Origin: Halobacteriales archaeon QS_9_68_17
Lineage (GTDB): Archaea; Halobacteriota; Halobacteria; Halobacteriales; Natronoarchaeaceae
Direction: 5' to 3'
NCBI GenBank assembly: GCA_003023565.1
Contig: PXSA01000012.1
Location: 1,492-65,491, forward strand
DNA length: 64,000 nt
Position numbers and translations under genes: made by a program. Below, in pieces: positions 50,563 through 62,049 of the stretch. Each line of letters opens with the position of its first letter. Within the stretch, counting starts at the first letter, position 1. The notes under the pieces are model-generated. The model was not told the DNA's origin. It worked only from the letters and a program-made list of their open reading frames with translations, and ran no database searches.

Positions 50563-51111
50563 ATGCAGCACGTGAAGATTCCGCAGGACCGCATCGGCGT
50601 GCTTATCGGCGAGGGCGGTGAGACGATGCGAGAGATCGAGAACCGCGCCGAGGTGCGACTCGACATCGACTCCGAGAACGGGTCGGTCAGCATCGACAAG
50701 ACGGGCGACCCACTTCTGGGACTGAAGGGACCGGACATCGTCAGAGCCATCGGTCGCGGCTTCAAGCCGGCGGTGGCGATGACCCTGCTCGACGACGAGA
50801 TGATGATGTTCGACCTCATCGACATCGACGCCGCTGCCCGGAACAAGAACGACCTGAAGCGCAAGAAGGGCCGGCTCATCGGCGAGAACGGCCGGACCCG
50901 AGAGCTGATGGAGGAACTCACCGGCGCGTCGGTCGTCATCTACGGGACGACGCTGGGGGTCATCGGCAACCCGCAGCAGGTCGAGATCGTCCGCGAAGCC
51001 GCCGAGATGATCCTCGAGGGCGCACCGCATGGGTCGGTGTACTCCTTCCTGGAGCGCAAGCACAACGAACTCAAGCGCCAGGGGATGGAGTACCACCAGT
51101 TCCCCGGCTGA
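50563..51111 (+). CDS. KH-domain RNA-processing protein (Dim2/Pno1 family)
   Basis: RIGVLIGEGG, RAIGRGF, GRLIGENG, GAPHGSVY. Confidence 0.92.
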   Translation: MQHVKIPQDRIGVLIGEGGETMREIENRAEVRLDIDSENGSVSIDKTGDPLLGLKGPDIVRAIGRGFKPAVAMTLLDDEMMMFDLIDIDAAARNKNDLKRKKGRLIGENGRTRELMEELTGASVVIYGTTLGVIGNPQQVEIVREAAEMILEGAPHGSVYSFLERKHNELKRQGMEYHQFPG

Positions 51112-51232
51112 CGATCATTTAAACCCTCGCCTCTCTCCGCTTGTGACGACGTGACACGGCGACCCGTGCGGCGTTCCCCGAGAGACGTACCGTTACTATT
51201 ATATAGAATCACAATCAACCTATTGCTTGATT

Positions 51233-52939
51233 ATGGCACAGCGAATGGGCAACCAGCCGATGATCGTACTTTCCGAGGACAGTCAGCGAACCTCCGGAAA
51301 GGACGCACAGTCGATGAACATCACCGCCGGGCAGGCGGTCTCCGAGGCCGTCCGGACGACGCTCGGCCCGAAGGGGATGGACAAGATGCTCGTCGACTCG
51401 ACGGGCGATGTCGTCGTCACGAACGACGGCGTGACCATCCTCAAGGAGATGGACATCGAGCACCCCGCGGCCAACATGATCGTCGAGGTCGCGGAGACGC
51501 AGGAGGACGAGGTCGGCGACGGCACGACGAGCGCCGTCGTCGTCTCCGGTGAGCTCCTCAGTCAGGCCGAGGAACTGCTCGACCAGGACATCCACGCCAC
51601 CACCCTGGCCCAGGGGTACCGCCAGGCCGCCGAGGAGGCGAAGAACATCCTCGAGGAGATCGCGATCGACGTCTCCGAGGACGACACCGACATCCTCACC
51701 CAGATCGCCGCCACGGCGATGACCGGCAAGGGCGCGGAGTCCGCGAAGGACCTCCTCGCCGAACTCGTCGTCGACTCCGTCCGCGCGGTGGCCGACGACG
51801 ACGGCATCGACACGGACGACATCAAGGTCGAGAAGGTCGTCGGCGGCTCCATCGAGAACTCCGAACTCGTCGAGGGCGTCATCGTCGACAAGGAGCGCGT
51901 CCACGAGAACATGCCTTACTTCGTCGAGGACGCCGACATCGCCGTCCTCGACGACGCGCTGGAAGTCAAGGAGACCGAGATCGACGCGGAGGTCAACGTC
52001 ACCGACCCCGACCAGCTCCAGCAGTTCCTCGACCAGGAAGAGGAGCAGCTCGAAGAGATGGTCGACCAGCTCGCCGACGTCGGCGCGGACGTCGTCTTCG
52101 CGCAGGACGGCATCGACGACATGGCCCAGCACTACCTCGCGCAGGAGGGCATCATCGCCGTCCGCCGCGTGAAGTCCAGCGACGCCGACAAGCTCGCCCG
52201 CTCGACGGGCGCTCGCGTCGTCGGCAACCTCGACGACATCGAGGAGGACGACCTCGGCTTCGCCGGCAGCGTCGCCCAGAAAGACATCGGCGGCGACCAG
52301 CGCATCTTCGTCGAGGACGTCGACGAGGCCAAGTCCGTCAGCCTCATCCTCCGCGGCGGCACCGAGCACGTCGTCGACGAGGTCGAGCGCGCCATCGAGG
52401 ACTCGCTCGGCGTCGTCCGCGTCACCCTCGAAGACGGGCAGGTCCTGCCCGGCGGCGGCGCGCCCGAGACCGAGCTCGCCCTGCAGCTTCGCCAGTTCGC
52501 CGACTCCGTCGGCGGCCGCGAGCAGCTCGCCGTCGAGGCGTTCGCCGACGCGCTGGAGATCAACCCGCGCACCCTCGCCGAGAACGCCGGCCTCGACCCC
52601 ATCGACTCGCTCGTCGACCTGCGCAGCCAGCACGACGGCGGCGCGACCGGTGCCGGCCTCGACGCCTACACCGGTGACATCATCGACATGGAGGGGGAAG
52701 GCGTCGTCGAGCCCCTCCGCGTGAAGACGCAAGCCATCGAGTCCGCCACCGAGGCGGCCGTCATGATCCTCCGTATCGACGACGTTATCGCCGCGGGCGA
52801 CCTCTCCGGCGGTCAGGTCGACCCCGACGACGGCGGTGACGACGGTCCCGGCGGTGCCGGCGGCCCCGGCGGTCCCGGTGGTCCCGGCGGAATGGGCGGC
52901 GGCATGGGCGGTATGGGCGGCATGGGCGGCGCGATGTAA
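51233..52939 (+). CDS. thsA: Thermosome (group II chaperonin) subunit, alpha-like
   Basis: [23 protein letters not shown] tail; TTATATAG upstream. Confidence 0.95.
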   Translation: MAQRMGNQPMIVLSEDSQRTSGKDAQSMNITAGQAVSEAVRTTLGPKGMDKMLVDSTGDVVVTNDGVTILKEMDIEHPAANMIVEVAETQEDEVGDGTTSAVVVSGELLSQAEELLDQDIHATTLAQGYRQAAEEAKNILEEIAIDVSEDDTDILTQIAATAMTGKGAESAKDLLAELVVDSVRAVADDDGIDTDDIKVEKVVGGSIENSELVEGVIVDKERVHENMPYFVEDADIAVLDDALEVKETEIDAEVNVTDPDQLQQFLDQEEEQLEEMVDQLADVGADVVFAQDGIDDMAQHYLAQEGIIAVRRVKSSDADKLARSTGARVVGNLDDIEEDDLGFAGSVAQKDIGGDQRIFVEDVDEAKSVSLILRGGTEHVVDEVERAIEDSLGVVRVTLEDGQVLPGGGAPETELALQLRQFADSVGGREQLAVEAFADALEINPRTLAENAGLDPIDSLVDLRSQHDGGATGAGLDAYTGDIIDMEGEGVVEPLRVKTQAIESATEAAVMILRIDDVIAAGDLSGGQVDPDDGGDDGPGGAGGPGGPGGPGGMGGGMGGMGGMGGAM

Positions 52940-53116
52940 GCGCCGGCGACGAGTAGCCGCACCACCTTCACCGCTTTCGCCTCGCACCGCCCGCTGACCG
53001 ACGAACGACGCTTTTTCACTCGATACCCACTTAGCGACTGCTCTCCACCGGTCCGAGACCGTCTCGCCCCCGTTAGTTTCGGTTCAACTAAGTATTGCCG
53101 CGTGAAACCGTCGGTC

Positions 53117-54103
53117 ATGGACACGCTGCTGTTAAACAGCGACGCTGTCGACGCGAACGCGCGGATGGACGCCGTCATCCGTTCCGTCGAGGAAGCGTTC
53201 AAGGCGTACCAGCGCGGCGACGTACGGATGCCGGCGAAGTCCTACGTCGAACTGGCGCGGTACAACGGCGACTTCCGCTCGATGCCTGCCTACATGGACG
53301 CCGGCGACTGGGACGCCGCGGGCGTCAAGTGGGTGAACGTCCACCCGGACAACCCCGAGAAACACGGCCTGCCGACCGTGATGGGGACGATGGTCTACTC
53401 CGACCCCGAGACGGCGTACCCCCTCGCCGTGATGGACGGGACGACGCTGACGATGCAACGCACCGGCGCGGCCGCCGCCGTCGCGACCGACCACTTCGCC
53501 GTCGAGGACGCGACGACGCTCGGCATCGTCGGAGCCGGCGTCCAGTCGCACACCCAGCTGGAGGCCATCGCCGAGGTGCGCCCCATCGAGGAGGTCGTCG
53601 TCGCCGACAAGGACCCGGACCGCATCGACGCCTTCCGCGCGGAGTTCGAGGGCCGCTTCACCGTCCGCGAGGGCTCGACCGCCGAGGCGGCGTCCTGCGA
53701 CGTGCTGTCGACGGTAACGCCCGTCCGCGACCCCATCGTCTCGCTCGACGACCTCGGGGAGCACACCCACGTCAACGCGATGGGGGCCGACGCCGAGGGC
53801 AAGCAGGAACTCGAAGACGACGTGGTGCTCTCGTCGAAACTCGTCATCGACGACCACGAGCAGTGCACCCACTCGGGCGAGGTCAACGTCCCGTGGGGCG
53901 AGGGAACGCTCGGCGACGACGACATCTACGGCGAGGTCGGCGAGATAGTCACCGGCGAGAAAGACGGCCGCACCGCCGACGACGGGGTCACCGTGTTCGA
54001 CTCCACGGGACTGGCGATCCAGGACGTCGCCGCCGCCCGCGTCGTGTTCGACGAGGCGAAGGAGGCGGAGAGCGGCCACTCGTTCGATATAGTGCAGGCG
54101 TGA
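53117..54103 (+). CDS. Ornithine cyclodeaminase/mu-crystallin family (archaeal alanine dehydrogenase-like)
   Basis: MPAKSY, GDFRSMPAY, KWVNVHPDN, RTGAA, GAGVQ, FDSTGLAIQD. Confidence 0.9.
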   Translation: MDTLLLNSDAVDANARMDAVIRSVEEAFKAYQRGDVRMPAKSYVELARYNGDFRSMPAYMDAGDWDAAGVKWVNVHPDNPEKHGLPTVMGTMVYSDPETAYPLAVMDGTTLTMQRTGAAAAVATDHFAVEDATTLGIVGAGVQSHTQLEAIAEVRPIEEVVVADKDPDRIDAFRAEFEGRFTVREGSTAEAASCDVLSTVTPVRDPIVSLDDLGEHTHVNAMGADAEGKQELEDDVVLSSKLVIDDHEQCTHSGEVNVPWGEGTLGDDDIYGEVGEIVTGEKDGRTADDGVTVFDSTGLAIQDVAAARVVFDEAKEAESGHSFDIVQA

Positions 54104-54384
54104 GCCGACCGTTCTCGGACGGCGAGTTGACGACCGTCATCCTTCTGCGCTCTATTCGAGGATAGTGGCTTGAGAGGCTCTCAGATAGACCTCCCATCGC
54201 CCGCTCCGTCCGGTCATCGCTGCTCACGCGGATCCTCCAAGCAGTTCTCTCTGTCCAGCAGAAAGACATCGTTGACACTCTCTCTACTGACCACGTCGGA
54301 GAGAGCTACGAACTGGAGTCATGAAAAGTACTCACCATAACAAAAGAGCGAAAACTTATACGTATTCAGGGTTCCTTTTTTCCC

Positions 54385-54859
54385 ATGAAACGACGTACTG
54401 TATGCGCTTTCGCCGGCGTTGCCCTCTCGACATCGTTTATTGGATGTATGAGCAATAGCTCAAACGATGACGAAGATAGTACAGGAGAAGGTTCTTCAAT
54501 GGATTCACAACCGGATATCGAAATCGAATTCGATACTCAAGAAGGAGATACGTCAAGTATAAAACGCGAGAGTATTACCATTAATAATCTCGGGGGAGAC
54601 CTGGTCCTCAGCGGTTACGCTCTGAGATATAGTTCAGGATATGAGTACAGGTTTAGTGGATTAACTCTCGAACCTGGAAGCAGAGTTGCAGTCGTCAGTC
54701 AGGGAACAGGGGGGGGACTCCGTTGCCGAATCCGATCCTCCAGTGTACTATCGCGACGCCGACCTCCCCGAACTGGTACTCGAAGACGGGGAAGAGACAG
54801 TAAAGTTACTCGATCGAGAAAGAGGGGTCGTCTCGGAAGCCTCATACGACTCGTCATAA
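54385..54859 (+). pseudogene. AT-rich Tat lipoprotein with lamin-tail-like domain, frameshifted at a G8 run
   Basis: MKRR..FIGC; ITINN..LSGY..YRF..TLEPG; removing one G from 54709-54716 gives GGDSVAESDPPVYYRDAD..VKLLD..SEASYDSS*. Confidence 0.7.
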
Positions 54860-55092
54860 TAAATCGTGTAGGGTGTTTCTATCCTGACAATACACGTTTC
54901 ATATCGAGTAAACTGATGTTTCCAGGGTCAGTGGGAGTGGCCCTTAGCCTTTCTAACATCTCGGTGACTACAGATCCGATACTTATGTCTTTCATAGCTC
55001 TCCCCGAGCGGGTCCGCGAGCATCAATCGATGTTACGACCTGCTCACTTCTCGAACTGGCTCAATCAAACAGTGCCTTCGGCTGAGGTCGGT

Positions 55093-56055
55093 ATGGATGC
55101 GAACACTCCGGTCTCGCGGCGGCGGGCATTGAAGTCGCTGGGGGCCGCTTTCGGAACTGTCGTGACCGCATCGAACGCTTCGGGGGAGAAAGACGACGGG
55201 GCGACCGAGCTCGCGATCGCCGCCCACACGGGCGATGGCGACCTCTACGGCGAGGCCGAGCGTTGCAAGCTCTCTCGCTCGCTGCTCGGAGCCCTCGACG
55301 TTCAAGTCGGCGAACAGGTCCGTCTGAGGCCGCGCGGGAACAGCGGCGACTACGAGTGCGGTCTCTTCACGGTCGTCGGCACCTGCGACCGACGGGAGAC
55401 GGCGCTGGTCGACGACGCCGGCCTCGACAGGCTGGGCGTCAGAGACGGCACCGGGGGCGTCGGATACCCCTTCGCCGTCTCTCCGACCTGCGACACCCGC
55501 GAGGCGGCCGCCGACGCGGACGAGTACGTCGAGATACTCCGCGAGCGCTCCCGCGCCGACCTCGTCGCCTGCGCGCCCCACGGCGGGTGGATCGAACACC
55601 CGACGGACGAGCAGGCCGCCCGCGTCGCGGACGCGCTCGGCGCGACGGAGTGGTCCTGCGCCGGCTACAACGACGGCGGCGGCGCGTACGACCGATGGCA
55701 CGTCACCTCGACGGCGCTCCATCCGCGGTCGTTCCCGGGACTGGCCGCCATCGCGGACCGCGGGTTCGCCCACGCCGTGAGCTTCCACGGCTTCTCCGGA
55801 GACGGCGTCGCCGTCGGCGGCGGCGCGCCGGACTCGCTGAAGGCCGATGTCCGCGACGCCGTCGCCACCGAGACGGGCCACGACGCCTCCCTCGCGGACG
55901 AGAACGGCGCTTACGGCGGCGACTCCGTGGAGAACGTCGTCAACTGGCTCACCGAGGACGGTAACGGCGTCCAGATAGAGCAGTCCGCGGCCGCCCGGGA
56001 TGACTGGGCGGCGGTGGCGGACGCCGTCGCCGGCGTCTTCGCCGACCGGGTCTGA
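55093..56055 (+). CDS. Tat-secreted poly-gamma-glutamate hydrolase family protein (phage PghP-like)
   Basis: SRRRALK signal; [24 protein letters not shown] and GVQIEQS motifs. Confidence 0.82.
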   Translation: MDANTPVSRRRALKSLGAAFGTVVTASNASGEKDDGATELAIAAHTGDGDLYGEAERCKLSRSLLGALDVQVGEQVRLRPRGNSGDYECGLFTVVGTCDRRETALVDDAGLDRLGVRDGTGGVGYPFAVSPTCDTREAAADADEYVEILRERSRADLVACAPHGGWIEHPTDEQAARVADALGATEWSCAGYNDGGGAYDRWHVTSTALHPRSFPGLAAIADRGFAHAVSFHGFSGDGVAVGGGAPDSLKADVRDAVATETGHDASLADENGAYGGDSVENVVNWLTEDGNGVQIEQSAAARDDWAAVADAVAGVFADRV

Positions 56056-56135
56056 GTCGGCCGGCCCGACGGCGACCCCCGCACTGTCGGATGGAAAGGT
56101 ATAGGACGCCGACCGGCGGAACCATAGACGAGCGA

Positions 56136-58766
56136 ATGAGCGACGAGCAATACGACCACGCGGCGGTGGAGTCCCGCTGGCAGGCGGCGTGGGACGACGC
56201 GGACGTGTACCGGACGCCGGACGACGCCGAGGACCCGACGTACGTCCTCGGGATGTACCCGTACCCGTCCGGAAAGCTCCACATGGGCCACGTCCGGAAC
56301 TACACGATCACGGACGCGTACGCCCGCTACCGCCGGATGCGCGGCGACGACGTGCTCCACCCGATGGGGTGGGACGCGTTCGGCCTGCCGGCCGAGAACG
56401 CCGCCAAGGAGCGGGACACGAACCCCCGCGACTGGACGTTCGACTGCATCGACACGATGAAAGGCCAGATGGAGTCGATGGGCTTCGGCTACGACTGGGG
56501 GCGGGAGGTCACCACCTGCGTCCCCGAGTACTACCGGTGGAACCAGTGGCTGTTCACCCGCTTTCACGAGGAGGGACTGGTCGAGCGCCGCGACGCGGAG
56601 GTCAACTGGTGTCCCAACTGCGAGACCGTCCTCGCGGACGAGCAGGTCGAGGGGGACGCGGAACTGTGCTGGCGCTGTGACACCCCCGTCGAGCAGCGCG
56701 AACTGGACCAGTGGTTCCTGCGGATCACCGAGTACGCCGACGAACTCGCCGACTACATCGACGAACTGGAGAGGTGGCCCGACTCCGTCCGCCAGATGCA
56801 GCGCAACTGGATCGGCCGGCAGTACGGCACTCGCCTGCCGTTCGAGGTCGAGGCGGCCGACGGGAGCTACGGCACGGTCGAGGCGTTCACGACCCGCGCC
56901 GACACCGTCTGTGGCGCGACGTTCTTCGCGCTGGCCCCGGACCACCCCATCGCCGAGGAACTGGTCGAAAGCGACGACGACGTCCACGAGTTCGTCCACC
57001 ACGAGGCCGACCCCGACGGCGACGAACCGAACGGCGTCGAGACGGACCTGGTCGCGACGAACCCCGTGACGGGCGACGAGGTCCCGGTCTTCGTCGCGGA
57101 CTTCGTCCTCTCGGACGTGGGGACCGGCGCGCTGATGGGCGTCCCCGGCCACGACGACCGGGACCACGTCTTCGCCTCGAAGATGGGCGTCGACATCGAC
57201 CCCGTGATCGCCCCCGAACCGGCCGACGGCGAGGAGCCGGAACCCCCGGACGTCTCCGAGGCGGCGTTCACCGACGACGGCGTGCTCGTCGACTCCGGCG
57301 AGTACTCCGGGGTCGACAGCGAGACGGCCCGCGAACGCATCACCGCGGACACCGAGGGCGCGGAGGAGGCGACCCAGTACCGCCTGCGCGACTGGGGCAT
57401 CTCCCGCCAGCGGTACTGGGGCACCCCCATTCCGGTCGTCCACTGCGACGACTGCGGCCCCGTGCTGGTGCCCGAGGCGGACCTGCCCGTCGAACTGCCG
57501 GCGTTCGTCAACACGACCGGCAACCCCCTCGACGCCGCCGAGGAGTGGAAGCGGACGACCTGTCCCGACTGCGGCGCGGACGCCGTCCGCGAGACGGACA
57601 CGATGGACACGTTCGTCGACTCCTCGTGGTACTTCCTGCGGTACGTCTCCCCGGGGCTGGACGACGCGCCGTTCGACATGGAGCGGGCGAACGACTGGAT
57701 GCCGGTCGACCAGTACGTCGGCGGCATCGAACACGCGGTGATGCACCTGCTGTACTCCCGCTTCTTCACGAAGGTGCTAGCCGACGAGGAGGGGCTGGAA
57801 CACCGCGAGCCGTTCACGAACCTGCTGGCCCACGGGATGGTGCAACTGGAGGGCGAGAAGATGTCGAAGTCGAAGGGCAACACCGTCTCGCCCCAGCGCA
57901 TCGTCGACGAGTACGGCGCGGACACCGCCCGGCTGTTCATCATGCAGGCGGCCCAGCCCGATCGCGCCTTCGACTGGAGCGAGGAAGGCGTCCGCTCGAC
58001 CAACCGGTTCCTGACCCGCCTGAAGGGGATGGTCGAGGCGTTCGACGCCGACGAGGCGACCGGCGAGCGGGACGGCGAGGCGCAACGCGTCTCGGCAGAC
58101 CGAGTAGCGAGGGACTCGAAGAGTGGAGTACGTCGCCGACGAGATAGACGCCGCCGTCGCCGTCGCCACCGAGGAGTACGACGACCTGACGTTCAACGTC
58201 GCGCTCCGCGAGACGCAGGAACTGGTCGCGACGCTGCGGCAGTACCGCGAGTTCGCGGAGCCACACGCCGACACGTTCGAGCGCGGCCTCGACGCGGCCG
58301 TGCGCCTACTGGTCCCCGTCGCCCCCCATCTGGCCGAGGAACTGTACGACGAACTCGGCGGGGAGGGCTTCGCCGTGGAGGCCGAGTGGCCCAGCGCCGA
58401 CGCCGACCGCGAGACCGTCGAGAAGCGCCGCGATCTGGTCGAGAACACCCGCGAGGACGTCCGTCAGATCGTCGAAGTCGCCGGCATCGAGGACCCCGAG
58501 CGGATCGACATCGTCGTCACGCCCGAGTGGAAGTTCGAGGCGCTCGGGACCGCCGTCGAGAGCGACGCGGACGACCTCATCTCGGAACTGATGCAGGAGT
58601 CGGCCATCCGCGAGCAGGGCGACGCCGCCGCCTCGTGGTCGCGGCCACGTGGCTGGTCGAACGCGAGTTCGACGCACCGGTCCGGGTCGTCCGCGCCACG
58701 GAGGCCGACGACGAGACGGCGCGAACGGCCGAACCGGGCCGCCCCGCGATCGACATCGTCGAGTAG
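56136..58766 (+). CDS. leuS: Leucine--tRNA ligase (bacterial type) with two compensating frameshift lesions near 58125 and 58635
   Basis: [38 protein letters not shown]; residues 58123-58635 are LeuS-like only in the +1 frame. Confidence 0.92.
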   Translation: MSDEQYDHAAVESRWQAAWDDADVYRTPDDAEDPTYVLGMYPYPSGKLHMGHVRNYTITDAYARYRRMRGDDVLHPMGWDAFGLPAENAAKERDTNPRDWTFDCIDTMKGQMESMGFGYDWGREVTTCVPEYYRWNQWLFTRFHEEGLVERRDAEVNWCPNCETVLADEQVEGDAELCWRCDTPVEQRELDQWFLRITEYADELADYIDELERWPDSVRQMQRNWIGRQYGTRLPFEVEAADGSYGTVEAFTTRADTVCGATFFALAPDHPIAEELVESDDDVHEFVHHEADPDGDEPNGVETDLVATNPVTGDEVPVFVADFVLSDVGTGALMGVPGHDDRDHVFASKMGVDIDPVIAPEPADGEEPEPPDVSEAAFTDDGVLVDSGEYSGVDSETARERITADTEGAEEATQYRLRDWGISRQRYWGTPIPVVHCDDCGPVLVPEADLPVELPAFVNTTGNPLDAAEEWKRTTCPDCGADAVRETDTMDTFVDSSWYFLRYVSPGLDDAPFDMERANDWMPVDQYVGGIEHAVMHLLYSRFFTKVLADEEGLEHREPFTNLLAHGMVQLEGEKMSKSKGNTVSPQRIVDEYGADTARLFIMQAAQPDRAFDWSEEGVRSTNRFLTRLKGMVEAFDADEATGERDGEAQRVSADRVARDSKSGVRRRRDRRRRRRRHRGVRRPDVQRRAPRDAGTGRDAAAVPRVRGATRRHVRARPRRGRAPTGPRRPPSGRGTVRRTRRGGLRRGGRVAQRRRRPRDRREAPRSGREHPRGRPSDRRSRRHRGPRADRHRRHARVEVRGARDRRRERRGRPHLGTDAGVGHPRAGRRRRLVVAATWLVEREFDAPVRVVRATEADDETARTAEPGRPAIDIVE

Positions 58767-59008
58767 CCGCTCTACCGCTTTTTCACCGTCTGCAGGACGA
58801 GCGCGGCGGAGACGAGCGCCGCCGCACCCGCGAGAACCGCAGTCATAAACCGGGAGACGCCCTGCACCGATGTGGACCCAGGCGACGACGGCGACCGTCG
58901 CCGCGACCCCCGCCAGCGACGCCCGCTCCGTTTCGGTGCACTGCCCCCACGAGTTCGGTGTCCATACGGGCGACCGCCCGACGGAACAGTATAAAAGTAG
59001 CTGACCGG

Positions 59009-59443
59009 TCACTCGATCCGGATCCGGTGGCCCCCCTCGTCGTCGCGTTTCGGTAGCGTCACCGTGAGGACGCCGTTCGCGTACCGCGCCGAGACCGATT
59101 CCTCGTCGACCTCGCCGGGGAGGCGGACGGTGCGGCTCACCGACCGCTGCCGTCGCTCGCGGCGGTGGTACCGCGTTCCGCCGTCTTCCTCTTCGGTCTC
59201 CGTCCCCTCGGCGGTGCTGGCCTCGATACTGAGTCGGTCGTCGGTCACCGTGAGCGCTATCTCGTCGGTGCCGTACCCCGGAAGGTCGGCGGTCACGACG
59301 TACTCCTCGTCGTCCTCCATCACGTCCACCGGGACGCTCCGCAGGTCGGTCCCCGCGCCGGCCCCGCGGAGTAGCCCCTCTTCGGCCTGTTTGCTCATTC
59401 TGTCGAGCATTTCCTGAAAACCGTCGAACGGGTTGCCTTGCAT
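59009..59443 (-). CDS. Hsp20/alpha-crystallin small heat-shock protein
   Basis: VDVME..ADLPG..RRER..RTVRLP..ARYANGVLTVTLPK. Confidence 0.92.
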   Translation of the reverse strand: MQGNPFDGFQEMLDRMSKQAEEGLLRGAGAGTDLRSVPVDVMEDDEEYVVTADLPGYGTDEIALTVTDDRLSIEASTAEGTETEEEDGGTRYHRRERRQRSVSRTVRLPGEVDEESVSARYANGVLTVTLPKRDDEGGHRIRIE

Positions 59444-59607
59444 GGTGGTCCCCCGGGCGTGTCTCGCGCCCTGCGAGAGGGTACCACTCTCGCGGGCTTA
59501 AACCTCGCGCCGGTTCCGCCGCCCGGACGCCGGTGCCAGCGGACGCGGTTTTTCAGTACCGGAAACCGAGGTCGCCGACTTACCTTTCCCGTCGACGACG
59601 TCCACCC

Positions 59608-59993
59608 GTGAAACGACAGTGGTTCGCCGCCCTCGGCGGTTTCATCGCGGCCTCGTGGGTCGCCGCCCTCGTGGCGTTCGGCGAGCGCGTCCGCTTCGAT
59701 CCGCAGTTCGGCGTCGTCGGCGCGCTGGTTTCGTCGGCGGCCGTCCTGCTGGTGCCGGCCGGAACGACCGACGCCCTCGGCGGGATCGAGTGGAACCGAT
59801 TCGCCGGCGCGGCGGACGTGCTGCCGGGGCTCGCGCTGTCCAGTTCCTCCTGACTGCGACGTCGGGGGACGCTACGTCCGCTGGTCTCCTCGCCGACGCG
59901 GCCGCGGCGCTAGAGGGCCTCGTACTGCTGTTCATCGGCGCGGACTGGATCCGCGGCGGGAAGCGTTTCGACCCCGCCGCGTACGAGTCGTGA
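59608..59993 (+). pseudogene. Membrane protein, frameshifted near 59835
   Basis: Hydrophobic segments continue from ORF 59533 into ORF 59619 (AVQFLL..LFIGADWIRGG). Confidence 0.5.
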
Positions 59994-60019
59994 CCGCCGT
60001 CGGGGAGTAGCCGGCGAAA

Positions 60020-60472
60020 CTACAGGCTCACCAGCCCGTCGTCGAGCAGGTCGCCGAGTACCTCGCGGGCGTGTCCGTCCGCGTCGACACCCTCGTAAAC
60101 GTCGTACACCTCGCGGTCAGCGAGGACGAACGTGGTGCGGTCGGTGACGCCGCCGGAGCGCCGGGCGACGCCGAAGGCGTCCACCACCTCGCCGTCGGGG
60201 TCGGCCAGCAGCTCGAACGCCAGCCCCTCCTCGTCGGCGAGCTCGCGGTGGTCGCCGACGGCGTCGACCGAGACGCCGTACACCGCGACGCCGGCGTCGC
60301 GGTAGCTCTCCAGTTCCGCCCGGAACTGGCGGGCCTCCGTCGAACAGCCGGGGGTCGCGTCCTTCGGATAGAAGTAGAGGACGGTCGGCGGCCCGAAGTC
60401 GGGCCGGACCGTCTCGCCGTCCTGGTCGGGGACCGCTACGTCCGGGGCGTCGTCGCCGGGCGCGAGTACCGT
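60020..60472 (-). CDS. bcp: Peroxiredoxin BCP/PrxQ; intact frame but ACG at the expected start
   Basis: ACG-VLAPGDDAPD..VLYFYPKDATPGCSTEA..YGVSVD..LLADPDG..RTTFVL; no in-frame ATG/GTG before the upstream stop. Confidence 0.8.
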   Translation of the reverse strand, partial: TVLAPGDDAPDVAVPDQDGETVRPDFGPPTVLYFYPKDATPGCSTEARQFRAELESYRDAGVAVYGVSVDAVGDHRELADEEGLAFELLADPDGEVVDAFGVARRSGGVTDRTTFVLADREVYDVYEGVDADGHAREVLGDLLDDGLVSL

Positions 60473-60505
60473 ACCGAAAGGTCCCGCATCGGCGGCCGAA
60501 AACCT

Positions 60506-61266
60506 TCAGTACAGCACGTGCTCGCTGTCGTAGGAGCCGAGACGGTGCACCCATCCCTCATCGACGATGGCCTCGATGACCTCCAGCGCCTCCTGCGTGC
60601 GGTCCTCGTACAGGCCGGCGGCGACGTCGATGTGGAAGACGTAGTCGCCGAGGCGCTCGCCGCTGGGGCGGGACTCGACGCGCGTCAGGTTGATGTCGCG
60701 CTCGGCGAACGGGTCGAGCAGTTCCAGCAGGAGGCCGGGGTAGTTGGCGTTCGGATAGACGATGAAGGAGCTCTTGCCGCCGGCCTCCGAGCGGTCGCTC
60801 GTCGGCGCGAGGACGAAAAAGCGGGTCGCGTTGGAGGTGCGGTCCTGGATGTCCTCGGCGAGCACCTGCAGGCCGTCGCCGGCGTCGTCAGACCCCGTCC
60901 GACTGCTCGCGGGACTCGGTTCGTCGCGGAGGAGTACTCCCGCTCCAGGTAGTCGCGACACTGGGCGAGCGCCTGCGAGTGGCTGGCGACGACGGAGAAC
61001 TCCGGCCCCTGCGCGAGCAGGCCGTGTCGGATCGGCGTGACGATCTCCCTGACGACGGCGACCTCGTTGTCGGCGAGCGCGTCCAGCGTCTCCGTGACGC
61101 TCCCCTCGATGCTGTTCTCGATGGGCACGACGCCGCGGGGGTACTTCCCGGTCGCGACCGCCTCGACGATGCCGGCGACCGACTCGCGGAACTCCACCGC
61201 GTCGGCGACGGCGCTCGCTGCGCGGTGTGAGTACGTCCCTTCCGGCCCGAGGGTGACTGCTTTCAT
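60506..61266 (-). pseudogene. pheA: Prephenate dehydratase disrupted by a deletion/frameshift at a palindromic insert (~60930)
   Basis: LGPEGTYS, PIENSIEGSV and SHSQALAQC in one frame; NATRF, NLTRVESRPS and LGSY in another. Confidence 0.88.
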
Positions 61267-61350
61267 CGCTCGTTCATGCTCGCCTCACCGGCAAAAGGAC
61301 TCTGGTGTCTCCGGCGGGCGGCGACGCTGGCGAGGCCCTGTCGGCCGCGC

Positions 61351-61692
61351 TCAGACGAACTCCTCCAGATCGAGCGTCGTGAACTCGTACGTGAGCCGGA
61401 CCGCGTCCTCGTCTTGGTCGTACTCGACGACGCCCTCGTCCGCCATCTTCGGGACGTGGCTGTGATAGAGGTCCATGTAAACCGACTTCACCTCCTCCTC
61501 CGGCACGTCGACGAGGCTACGCTCGCCGCGTTCCAGCAGCGCGACCTCGTCGGCCAGGTTCGGGAGCGTCATCGGGTTCCGGTGCCGCTGGAGACAGTAG
61601 AGCGCGTACCGGCGGCGTTCGCGCGACAGAACCTCGAAGAGCGCGTCCGTCCCTACCGCTCCGTCCGCGACGTTCCACGCTTTCTGACTCAT
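61351..61692 (-). CDS. Haloarchaeal winged-HTH-like protein (LYHxHxPK family)
   Basis: LFEVLSRERRRYAL..DLYHSHVPKMADEGVVEYD. Confidence 0.82.
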   Translation of the reverse strand: MSQKAWNVADGAVGTDALFEVLSRERRRYALYCLQRHRNPMTLPNLADEVALLERGERSLVDVPEEEVKSVYMDLYHSHVPKMADEGVVEYDQDEDAVRLTYEFTTLDLEEFV

Positions 61693-62049
61693 ACGGAAAC
61701 ACACTGTTGCGGTACGGATTTCGGTGGTGCCAAAGTGTTTTGGGTTCCCTCCTCAAGCGCCCCCTTCTTAAGCGCCGCCTCAGCGGCGCTCGGACCGCGG
61801 ACGCCGGACCGGTTGGTCCCTCGCGGGCGCTCTGTTGCCGGTTCCGGTCGCCCGCGGACTCGCCGGCCCGCGACCCGACGGAGCGCCCCGGCGAACGCAC
61901 CGCGCGGCCGGACGGGGTCGCCGCTACTGTCTGAATCCCTGAACGTGGGTATTTCATACACGAACGGCGTCCCTCTAGCCGGTTTCGGGACTACGACTAC
62001 GGCCGTTGCGCCCGACCGATCGGACGCTTCGCACGAGAGAGCACCGCGA

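Noticed and set aside
52830-52939. GGC-rich repeats at the end of the thermosome gene
   Set aside because: Ordinary GGP/GGM chaperonin tail
54385-56055. Single 556-aa protein as given by the ORF track
   Set aside because: Better explained as a frameshifted lipoprotein plus a separate Tat-signal hydrolase starting at 55093
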